Positions 1 to 10,594 of a stretch of DNA of 64,000 bases are shown piece by piece. The stretch is from contig MU619317.1 of assembly GCA_025201805.1 (NCBI GenBank), positions 62,001 through 126,000 on the forward strand, in the 5' to 3' direction. The notes beneath the pieces are model-generated. The model was not told the DNA's origin. It saw only the letters and a program-made list of their open reading frames with translations, and ran no database searches. The stretch's first letter is position 1; every line of letters starts with the position of its first letter. A program made the translations under genes and the position numbers. This stretch comes from Parasitella parasitica NRRL 2501 (lineage: Eukaryota; Fungi; Mucoromycota).

Positions 1-952
1 CAAATTATATCTTGTCATGCGCTGGATGGGTTGAATCAAAATGTCACTCATACCGAGATTCCCTTTCAATTCCTGATTGAGTAGAAATCTAGAATAGTTT
101 TTGTTTTGCTTGATATTTTGCGTGTGGCATGTCAGAGAATTTGCTTTGCCTAAAAAAAAGACTCTGTAGCAATCAAAAAACTCAAGCTAGATGTGTGTAT
201 ATTAGTAAGGGAAGGGGGGGGGGAGGGTTAACTCATGCACAAATAAGAGACTTACATGCGTGCTGAGAATGCTCCCAAATGACTCCAGTGCATTACCCTG
301 TTGATAGGCTAGCAGTGATTCAAGCAGGGATTTATTAACACGCAAGATATCCTCCATATTGATAAAGATGCGATTAAACGAATACTGGTCTAAAATAGGC
401 TGTTTGTTGGGGTCCACAATAGACTCTTTTATAGGCGCCATAATTTTATGAACAATTTCTTCTAATAGGTCGACATATGACTGTTCGGTAGCAATGAATT
501 CTTTGATGGGTTTTGATGTAGGCGACTCGACAATGCATGCATTTTGAGTGATGATCTTGTTTATATGCGACTAAATAAGGCACTTTAGCTGTGTTGCTGT
601 TTCCTCTGGGTAGAATGTGTACTTACGGTGGTGGTATTTTGCTGGGGTTTTGCATTGGCTTCCTGCTCTACGTGTTTTTTGCCAAAAAAGCTTTTGAAAT
701 GCTCCATCTGCGGTGATGGCCCATTGGGTATCAGTACATCTACATGTTGGCTCTAACTCAAGCTGTCAGTTACTCCTACTCGTTCTCGATGCTATTTTGA
801 CGTACCAAAGGATTCTTTGTCATGTCCAACAGACGCTTTCCAATCTCCTTGCACTGATCAGAGACGTTGTAATCTTTCAACACAGGTATCCGGGCTTCCT
901 TGTAAACGTTACATGGATGATGAAATGGGGTATTCTGGAGTAGTTTTTCCAT
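1..952 (-). CDS. Dbl-homology (DH) RhoGEF, 5' part; continues beyond the window's left edge
   Basis: ATG at 952. Spliced exons give IKEFIATEQSYVDLL (DH conserved region 1) and FNRIFINMEDILRVNKSLLESL...SFGSIL (DH core; ORF 202..441). Introns are GT-AG. Confidence 0.8.
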
Positions 953-1859
953 GTGGTATATTTGAAGAGAAAAGAAAAAGAAAAAGAAAAAAAAAGAAAG
1001 AAAGAAAGAAAGAGATGCAGATCACCAAAGCAAGGAAAAAAAGCATTTTTATTGTCGAGTTTGTTGTTGTTGTTATATTATATGTGTTTGAGTAACACAG
1101 CCAGGTTTGATTTCGGAAGTAACCAGAAACCCACTCACTTACTATTTTGCCACCGCTGCTGTTTGTGCTGTATATGAATATATGCACGTAAAAGTTTGTT
1201 TTTCTTGTCATTTTGTACAACATTTTCGTTTCCTGGATACATGCGTGTGTACTGTCCTGTTGTCTGTTTTTATGAATTTTTTTTTAATTTTACAACGAAC
1301 AAACAAGTCAAATGCGTAAGGGAGTCTATCATCTATAATTGACAAAAGACAATTAAAGGGGCTACAGGAAAGGAGGGGGGGGGGGAGGTGAGAAAAGAGG
1401 CTATACAGTGATACATGAATGATGCCAACACTTGTCACCAGACTTCAAACGCGATATGGAAGCAATCTAGTGCTACAAGAAAAAGGGTATCACTCATGGC
1501 AGCTCTTGCTTGTTCTGTACGTTACGTTCAATGGCCTATATGGTTTGCCAAATACTCCACGAAAATTCTGTAAAGATCTGCAGTGTAGGATAACAATCTT
1601 ACAAATCAGCACGACTAGTATCACGAAAGAGGCCAAAACGATACAATCCTGACAACGTTGGGATGACGTAAATATAAACTCATGTTTATCGCAAAAAAGT
1701 GCATCTAGTAAAAGGGTCAATGCATTTTGCTCTGAACGTTCCGGCCTAACCAATTCAATTGCAAGATTACACAGAAAAAGATGACTCTTCGGATCGTGCG
1801 GACTTGATCCCGCTCTCGTATAGAGCAGAGCTCACCTCTATCAAATACATCCACAGAAT

Positions 1860-1860
<1 letters not shown>

Positions 1861-1904
<44 letters not shown>
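1861..1904. repeat. Poly(A) tract, 44 nt, followed by an A-rich tail
   Basis: Directly visible run of A. Confidence 0.95.
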
Positions 1905-1906
<2 letters not shown>

Positions 1907-2026
1907 AAAAAAAGAAAGAGGTTAACTCTAGTTGTTTATATTAAAAAAACCCGGTTGGATACGTGCGTATGCTTTTAGCCATGTAAATATAAACAAACAA
2001 AAAAAAAAGAAGCACAAACAGGCAGG

Positions 2027-4507
2027 TTATTGCAAACTCATCTTTCGGTGGTATGATTGTTTTTTGGTATCTATTAGTCGGGTCTCCTCTTTCAATCTTG
2101 GCCTTGGGAGCAGGCAGGTTTGCTGCTGTGACACAGGTTGGTTTGTTTGCAAGCTACAGGCACAGCAACAGGATCCTTTTCGAGGTGAGAGCGATGCAGG
2201 AGGAAATGCTTTGGTGTCATGATGTTGAGTCGAAATTATGTCTGATCCGGAGAGATTAGTTGCTGATATTTCCAACGGCAGAATTTCAGATGTTGCTGAC
2301 TGCGTCGGTGATAGCCTGTTGTGCATGTTTGGAGAGAGAGATATCGCCTTGTTTTTTGTTTGTTGGTGGCGTATGGTGCTGTTGAGGTGCAGGATGCTGT
2401 TGCTTCTGTTGAGATAAAGAACTCTGGGTTTCTTTCCAATAGCCGCTGTTGTCGTCCGCTTGACCTCTCCTTGCACTAGGCTCAGAAATTCCTTTTCGTC
2501 AAAGTACTTGAGGGCTGCCCACGTAGGATTGAGAAAGGAAAATGTCTTTTTGAACGCATTCAGATGCTGCCGCCCCACACCGCCTCTTGGTTCAATGCCG
2601 TGCAGCGGCTTACTTGGTGCAGGCAAGGTACCCTTGGAACCTTGTTTCAGTGGCACCTTTCCCTTTTCCATCCTGCAGATGTTTCTTGCAATACAAACAC
2701 CGGCCAGTGTGGCTGCATAGCCCGTCTTCTCCTCGCGCACGTTCGTTACGTCTCCTCCAGAAAAGATATGGGTGTATTTCCAATGCTCGAGTTGCAATGT
2801 AGGCTTAACGCGGATTCGACCCCAATGGTCCAAGCACGACTCGAACCCAACATCGCCATCGTCTCGTATGACCTGGCTGCAGGGCGATGTCCCAGTGGCT
2901 ATAAACACCTTGTTGTAGCCTGAATAGCGAGCACCTGTGCTTCCTAAATATGTGTTGGTCTCTGCGGAATCGAAATCCACAATCTTCTCGTTGAGCACCA
3001 CCTGAACACCCAAGCTTTTGAAATATGAGACAGCGTTTTGCTGCCACTTTACAGAGCTTCTGTGGACCAGAGTGTTGTTGGAGTCGACCAGGGTAATCTT
3101 CTTTTTATGGTCATACGGAGCAGTGAATGTGTGGTTTGCAATCTCACTGGCCAGTTCGCAGCCTACGAGCCCTCCGCCAATAATCAAGACGGATCTGGCT
3201 TGCTTCAGCTGCTGATGTTCAGTGGATAATTCAGAGAGTCGATACAACGAAGATGTGTCAAATGACTTTAGCTTGGACTGGTATGTGCTTCCGGTAGCAA
3301 TCACGAGATAGTCAAAGGGAATCTATGTGCATGTATGTAGGTGCGTTAATGGGTTGATCTCACGACTGCCTTTCATTCTTTGTGCATTACATATTCATCA
3401 TTCACTTTGACATTTGTTGCATCATTTACAATCTGATCGGCGTAGCCAATCACAACCCTGCCCTGCTTGAGGTAAGCATCGTGTCTCACCCGCAGCGAGG
3501 ATGTTTCCTCAGGACGAACAAGCAGCTTGATCATACCGGGTGTGTATTCAAATGAGTCTATAGTTGGCCCGTGCGGCGATTAGTGTCTGGCTGATCCAGA
3601 AGGAATTGGGGTGGGGGGAGGGAGGAAGGGAGGAGATCGTGGTGCCTATAGCCGTCGTACCTTTTGTATCGACCAAAGTGACATGAAAACGTGGCATTGG
3701 GTCTAAAATCGAGGCAACTGTAAAACCCTATTATTTCAAAGGAACAACATAGTGTTACACATTGACTAAAAAGAGACAGCACACGAATGACATATATTTA
3801 CAGTGAATCCACCTCCAATGATGACCACCTTTTTTTGGTGTTTGATGTGTTGTGAATTGCAGCATAGTCTAGACAGAGCATTTGTGAGTGAGTCATGTAT
3901 TTTGACATTCTGGAAGCCATCTGCGTTACGTTTTGGCTGTTGGGCGGTATACTTTATCAAATTCAACAATTTTTTCATTCTACACAGTTATATGGCGTCA
4001 AGGTACCAAGGTGAGCAAATAAGTTGTACGTACCAGAAATATCTTTACTTCTGCTTCGGCATCTTTGAATATGTCGATAGCATCTCTTTTCGTGATGATG
4101 CCCCACCTATGCGATTTAATTTTGTCTCCTATGGCTTGCTTGCTGCCGACATTGAGCTCCAAAGGTGCGTCTTTTACGAGAAAAGTCTTCCATATTCTAT
4201 ATTAAGGGGAGCACGGGTTTAGCATAGTGTCGACATGAATGCAATAGCGAGCAAACCTGTTTACTATCTGCTCAATGAGGCTGTACGACGTTTCATGCCT
4301 TAATTCCGATAATGCCTCAATAAACAGCAAGTTTTCATGCGCATGGATATTCTGCAGGTAGGTTTGGAAAAAGGCAAGCTGCTCTGGTGAGGAGAGTATC
4401 TGATGCAGCCGTTCGTATTCTCGACAGTCAAAGCTGGAGATTGTCGTCAATGTTCCATCCTCTGAGCCTCTCTTTAAAGTGCTATTAATGTTGGCATCTG
4501 CTGTCAT
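2027..4507 (-). CDS. RGS domain fused to an AIF/AMID(FSP1)-like FAD-dependent NAD(P)H oxidoreductase
   Basis: Exons 1-2 encode LHQILSSPEQLAFFQTYLQNIHAHENLLFIEAL...RIWKTFLVKDAPLELNV (RGS signatures). Later exons encode KVVIIGGGFTG, FDYLVIATGS, VLIIGGGLVGCELASEI and HIFSGGDV (two Rossmann motifs plus the ATG and GD motifs of the Pyr_redox_2 family). GT-AG introns (e.g. 4197-4256, 3869-3929) join them in frame. Confidence 0.8.
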
Positions 4508-5017
4508 GATAAAAGCAGAAATGTAAAAAAAAATGTGGGGCAAGTACAGAAAAGAACAGACACAATAAAAAGAGGGTTGGCGAGCAATTATCCAACACTA
4601 GCAGGTTTCATGTACAAAAAAAAGAGCCAATACGGGAGCCTTTTACGGCTAACCTGATGCAGAAAAGCATCAATTTTCTACCATATTTAAAGTTTTTTCT
4701 GTCGACTTGATAAACAGCTTTGCAAAACAAGGTGCAGCAAGCACAACTGAACCCACCTAGCCGTATTCTATTACTTTTTGTTTACGGAAGGGGCAGGTTT
4801 TCCCCACACTTGAGGGGCTCTTTTTCACACTATTTATATGAAACATTCATGAGTCATTTTTTCTACAAAAGAAAACTTCCATGGAAATTAGGTACAGGCT
4901 CAACGTTTCTCCACAATTATATTATATATGCATGTGTACTGTAATTGTGCAATCATAAATCGAGTTCTCCAAATATACCCGCCTTTGCTGCAAAGCGTTT
5001 ATTTACATTATTGGTCA

Positions 5018-6705
5018 TTAATGCTTTGGATACATGGAAAATGCACCATCACCAAAGTATTTCTCGGATCGCTTTTCCTTTGTCTTTTCAACTGCTGCCG
5101 TAGGATCAATTAGCTCCATGCTCTGCGCAGGCGTAAATGCTAGTGACGACGCCAATCCAGATGTTGCTGTGCCAGAGACACGAGCAAAACTCTTGAGTTT
5201 TGGCCCTTTAACTATGGAAAAAAAAAAAAAAAAATCAGCCCTTCTTTGCTGCGTACAATTTGAGCTTTTTTTTTTTTTTAATACGTACCTTTGCTTCGTT
5301 GATCTGCAATAGACGCTCTGATTTTGCCCACTTGCTTGGTAGCCATGCCCAATCCTTCAGTTTCATCGCCATAGCCGACTTCCTCCTCTGCCTCACCAAA
5401 TGCCATTCTATTGCGAGCAGCACGCAATTCTGTCATGGCGTAGGCTTCATTCTGTCTTCTCACTCTTTTACCGCCTCGTCTCTTTTTAGGCCCCTCATCA
5501 GGAACAGGCAATGCCTTGGTAACCTTCAATGAGGGCGCCTCTTGCAGTTTGTCAATCTTTGCATCAACCTCATCTCTCATCTTTTGTCCTGCCTCTCCAC
5601 CCGGCGACTGGTGGCTAGCGTCGATGCGCGCCGCTAAAGCTGCTTTGGCGGAAACAATCTTGACCAACTTTTTCTTCAAATCCTGAGGTGCTGCCATAAT
5701 GGGTTCTGCAAACCCGATATAACCAGTGTGTCTGTCCATATGCGCTGTCGAAAAGCCAGTGTTGGTCTTTCGGTTGTTGCCGATTACCTGGACATTGCAC
5801 GACGGAATTTTGCAAAAGGCTGTGAGCCCACCAGCTGCGGTCAAGAGCTTGGCTGCAGTGGGTGTGCCGACAACCGCAGACAGGTTGGGCGCAATCACTG
5901 TCATTCGGGATTCTACATAGTTCATAATCTTTCTGCGTGCAGCGTCAAGATCCAAGGCCATATCACAGGCCTCTTCTGTCAGCCTCCATTCGTCTTCAGA
6001 GAGCGGCTTGCCTGAGGTTGTGGTGGCTGTAACTGTGATGACCATGATGGTCGCTGACGGCAGGATAGGTCGAAGATCAGCTTTGGTCACGTCTAATTCG
6101 TTGCCAATTGCCTTGACTGTGCGTGCGTATTCTAATGGGTTGTAGACTAGTGTTTCCAGTTCAGGGAACTTTGCTGCATAATGATCGCGAATAAACTAGG
6201 AGAGGTGTTATAAAATTGCCTTTATTTGTGTGTGTGTGTGTGTGTGTGTGGTGGAGCGAATTACCTTGTGCACAGTCTGTATCTCGTTGTCTATGTCGGC
6301 TGTCATGCTATTGGATTGGACAATCAGCTTGTATTCCTCATCTTCCTCTGTAGGTCCAACAACCTGCGATGCGTTGCGGTTCTGAGCAATGTAACTATCG
6401 ATTCTCTACAAAGCAAAAATGTTGATAATAGTAGCTGTAGCTTTGCTAGTGGCTCCTACCTTCAAAACCTCCTGTGTCTGCCTATTGTATAGGAGCTTGG
6501 CTATCCTTTTAACGCTGTTTGGGTTCTCGTCCGCACTCGCTGCAGACGACTCTTTGGTGGCATCCATTTTAACATCCCCCTCTGCATCTTTGCTCATTTG
6601 GTTGATGGCCTCTTGTTCTTCATCGACATCTGATCCTTGTTGCTCCTCTTCCTCGTCAGAGGTAAAATCAAGATCGGCTGCGAGTTCGTCGGCAAGTGTG
6701 GCCAT
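5018..6705 (-). CDS. PRP31: U4/U6.U5 tri-snRNP protein Prp31
   Basis: MATLADELAADL N-terminus, Nop domain (IAPNLSAVVG...AAKLLTAAGGL), KALPVPDEGPKKRRGGKRVRR, RAARNRMAFGEAEEE and C-terminal SGLASSLAFTPAQSMEL. Confidence 0.96.
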
Positions 6706-6720
6706 TGTCGGATATGTGTT

Positions 6721-6751
<31 letters not shown>

Positions 6752-6806
6752 CCACTGGCAAGACAGTGAGGTGGATAGGGAATGGTTATCATTTGTGACC
6801 AGCTAA

Positions 6807-7112
6807 ATGTCATGTACAGAATCAAATCAACATGACCATGAGCACCTCATGTCATTTCTCGATAAACAGCCCGATTTTATGTTGTCGGCATCAACAAGAG
6901 TACGGCTTGGCTCCTTCCTCGAGAAGGTCCATTCCAACTTTCTGAAATTGCCTTCATCACAACTAATTGATCGGGTGTGGCGATCAAAGCTGGCCCTCCC
7001 GTCAGCAGCAAAGGCTTTTTCAGATGAGGGGCCTGTCAGTGGACTCAGAGGGCACGATGCTATCTGTTACGTAAATGTGTCGGCTGTCCTTGAGACCACC
7101 CTATTGCCATAG
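6807..7112 (+). CDS. Possible small orphan gene divergent from PRP31 (3' structure uncertain)
   Basis: ATG-initiated 101-codon ORF with protein-like composition ~100 bp from the PRP31 start. Has a candidate donor (GTAAAT ~7071) and a strong polypyrimidine acceptor at 7200. No recognised homology. Confidence 0.3.
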   Translation: MSCTESNQHDHEHLMSFLDKQPDFMLSASTRVRLGSFLEKVHSNFLKLPSSQLIDRVWRSKLALPSAAKAFSDEGPVSGLRGHDAICYVNVSAVLETTLLP

Positions 7113-7482
7113 ACTAGGAGTCTCTCTTTTTTTTTTTTTCCTTTGGGAATACGCCAACGACAAAGCCCATATTCATATCAAGTTTTTTGTTTTTTTTTAG
7201 GCATTCGGTTGATTGAAATCAGCTTAGCTTGCGGATAAAGACACACTGTATTCTCTTCAGGGCCCAGCTTAGCAGATGGTTGAAGCGCCTGAACTTTGTT
7301 GGATGGCATCCACTGTGGCAATGTTTATTCTAAAAAAAAGTGGATGTATGGTATGAAGAAACACCGCTTTTACGATTTTTAAATTGAGACAGTAAGCAGC
7401 ACTGAACCTTTTCCCTTTTTTTTTTTTTTTTTTTCCTTTTCTATCCATTACAACGGCTTTCGTCAGTGGATTAGAAACAGGT

Positions 7483-9237
7483 ATGAGCGAGGGCATTCTT
7501 TCAAAACATGCTACTTTAAACGCTGGTAAGTGGACAGAAAGAAACGCCAAAAATTAGTGGAATATCAACCGTCGAGGGGATCATTGTAGGGACTATTCCT
7601 GCCTCTGCTGAAGAGCTGTCTCAACGATATCTCAAGCTATTTCAACAGTATTCACGGTAATTTATGCTCAAACCGTTGTATATACCATCTCTTACGTTTT
7701 TGCATAGATTAAAAGCCCAACACGCCGTATTAAAGAAAGCTGTTATTAAAGTATAAAATGCAATTTCCCTGGTTTTTTTTTTCATGTACTCCTGAACTCA
7801 ATAGATCCTGTCTCTCTCTCTCTCTTTCTCTCTCTTTTATCTTTTGTAGGAGCAAGCCACTAACGTTGCATTACAAGGGAACGTCAAGGAAAAAGAAAAA
7901 GAGCTGCGAAAGGTATTTTCATCTAACCAACGTACCAACTGTAAATGCCAACATTTCCCATCGTTTATTCAGCTTCAGGAACAGCTGGATCTTTTAGCGT
8001 TCCACAACGAAAGACTAACAAAGCGTATCCAGGCTGTACAGGAGAGCGATCAAAAGGGCACTCATTTTTCTCTATTGGGCGGATCAGTCAAAAAAGAACT
8101 AGAGAAAAGCGCCCAAGCACTCGATGAAGCCAACATGGATTTGGAGAGAAAGATTGAAGAAAACGAAAAGCTCCATGAAGAATTGACCGAGAGACAATTT
8201 GAATTCACAGAAAGCATCAATAAACTATTACAGCAAATTCAGGATCTCGAAAAAAAAGTAACCGAGTTGCAAGATGAAAATACGAATTTGCAAGCAGAAA
8301 TCAAGAATGACGGTGGCACCACCGTTAATGGGACAATGTCTGATAGCCACCAACAATTGAATATAGAAATCGGGTCACTTAGAAAGGAATTACAAGAGTA
8401 AACGATTCAATGTGTGGGCCTATTCCAAGTTGCTGATTTTTTCTTTTTTTAAAAAAAACATATTTATATGTATATAGGAAGAATGCATTGCTGCAAGAAA
8501 AAAACCAACAGGCACAGCAAAACGACGTCCAAATGCTTGCTGAAATTCAGAGTCTACGTGCTATTTTGTTGGCCAAAGTTGGCAGCTTGAAAAAGGACGA
8601 ATCTACTCTATACGACATTGTACCTGCAGCATCAGACGCATTAAAAACATTGGAAGCACAGGCTAACCAGTACATTCTGTCTAATGGAGAAAAGGTAAGT
8701 TGCAAACCGGCAAAGGCAGATTGGCGTTAATACGTCACAATCATAGACTGATATGAAGGAACTGCCCTCTGAAATTGCTAAAGGGTTGGCTATATCTACA
8801 GAGACTTACTCTAAAGAGCTGCTGGGCTTGTTGGAGCAACTCAATAACACCAAAATAGAGCAGAGTAAATTACTCGCCGAAAAAGACCAAGACCAAGAAA
8901 AAAACCGACAGCATGAGCAGGATTTGGATCAAAAAATTCAGGCACAAAATGATAAAATTGAGGATTTGGCAGCAACAATCGAAGCAAATCAAAAGAGGGA
9001 GGCAGACGCAGTGTCTAATCTCGAGGCAATCAACAAGAAACTTGAAAGTGAGAATGCACAATTGCAAAAAGAACTGGAGTTACAGGTAGGGAAGCAGTGG
9101 ACAGTTTTAGAAGGGTTTTCCGTTTTGACATTTGTGATACAGAAAGTAAATTTGGAAAGCGCCCAGAAAGAATTACATGACATCAAAGAGTCGATGGGAC
9201 CAAAAGACGCACTAGACAAAGAAATTCAAGTCGGTAA

Positions 9238-9275
<38 letters not shown>

Positions 9276-9844
9276 ATGACCCTAGCGTCCCATTCGAAGA
9301 AAAACCCGAAACTTTCAAAAAAGAGACAGAGAAAGAACAAGAACAAGAACAAGAAGAAGAGGCTTTTGTATACCCTAATAATCCAACCAACGAACAGAAA
9401 GCAAAAGAAGACGAGGAAGACGAGGAAGTGTTTGTCTACCGTGGCCTGGATGCAGTACCTAGCGCTAGTCCACCTGCACCAGAAAAGTTATACAGTGAAG
9501 AAGATATTCTTAAAAGAGAAGCCAGAATGAAATCTCACTATGAGCAGCAACTTGGCCAGCTTACAGAAAAGATCCAAATGACAGACAGCAAAGCGCTACG
9601 ATTTGCAGCCATGTACAAAGCCTTGAAAGATAGATTGGCCCTAGAGGATAAGGAGAAGCAAATGATGGTGACAGAAATTGAAAGATTGAATAAAGAGGTC
9701 AAGAATGTCCAAGATTTGCTGGCCACTACTGAATCAAATTATCAAAAGCAAGTGGATGCAATGACCGAATTTATCTCTTCTATACAGGAACACCAAGAAG
9801 AGCAATCCAGGCCGCAAAGACGAAGCAATAATTATAATATATAA
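7483..9844 (+). CDS. PPP1R21: PPP1R21 / KLRAQ-domain coiled-coil protein (FERRY Fy-2-like)
   Basis: Spliced N-terminus EELSQRYLKLFQQYSRLKAQHAVLKKAVIKEQ...LDLLAFHNERLTKRI matches the KLRAQ motif. C-terminus LATTESNYQKQVDAMTEFI matches the TTKRSYEDQ motif. Long coiled coils lie between them. Confidence 0.8.
9242..9274 (+). repeat. (GCT)11 coding microsatellite (poly-Ala)
   Basis: Directly visible and in frame within ORF 8753..9844. Confidence 0.95.
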
Positions 9845-10253
9845 ATAAAAATATTTTTTTGGTATGAACACATCGTCTACGGTTGATTTTTGAAGTTACC
9901 AAGTGTATGTAACGTAACGGCGTTGTACCACCCACATTTGAACATTGAAAATGGCCAACTGTCTTGAAAATCATCATACAGGTATTTTCATTTGATTGAA
10001 ATTCAAGTTTGAAATTTTGCCCAGTTTTCTCAATGCATATATACACAAGGCACACATGGACACATGTTTTGTTTTGTTTGGCAATGAAGTCTTTTGACAG
10101 CTACCATTGCTTCTCAACAAGTAAGGTTATGGTACAGTACTGTACTTCTTCTTCTTCACAAACGACTGCTTTTCGTCAACGGCTCAGTCACTAGAAGACC
10201 AAACCAAAGTGTAATTTTTTTCATCTGATCTTTCTTTTCAACAACTAATACAA

Positions 10254-10557
10254 ATGGCTCGTCCACAAAAGAAAGCAGGCTCCAAATCCTCTAAAAAAAC
10301 CAAGGCGCCCAAGCACAACAGGCTTGATGGCTCATTAAGTAAATCCTTGAACCGAGATGTTTTCGAGGCCGAGGAGGAAACTGGATATCGTAAAGGAAAT
10401 GATCTCGATGATGTAGAGAACCTGGAATACGATGCTGGGGAAATTGCCGAAGAAGACGATTCTGAAATTGATTCTGATGAAGCGTTTGATGAATCTGATG
10501 AAGAGCGTTTTGGTGAATACAAATTCAATGGATCTACAAAGGTGAGATTTTAAAAGC

Positions 10558-10594
<37 letters not shown>

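Noticed and set aside
4638-4646. GCCTTTTAC, identical to the U5 snRNA loop 1 core
   Set aside because: Flanks do not form U5 stem I around the loop, there is no CCG internal loop, and no proper Sm site plus 3' hairpin. Likely a chance 9-mer.
6900-7140. RNase P/MRP-like RNA (GAAGGTCC...ATAGACTA, GC hairpin, T-run)
   Set aside because: P4 pairing is imperfect, the CR-V consensus does not fit and there is no room for P2/P3. A protein ORF explains the region as well.
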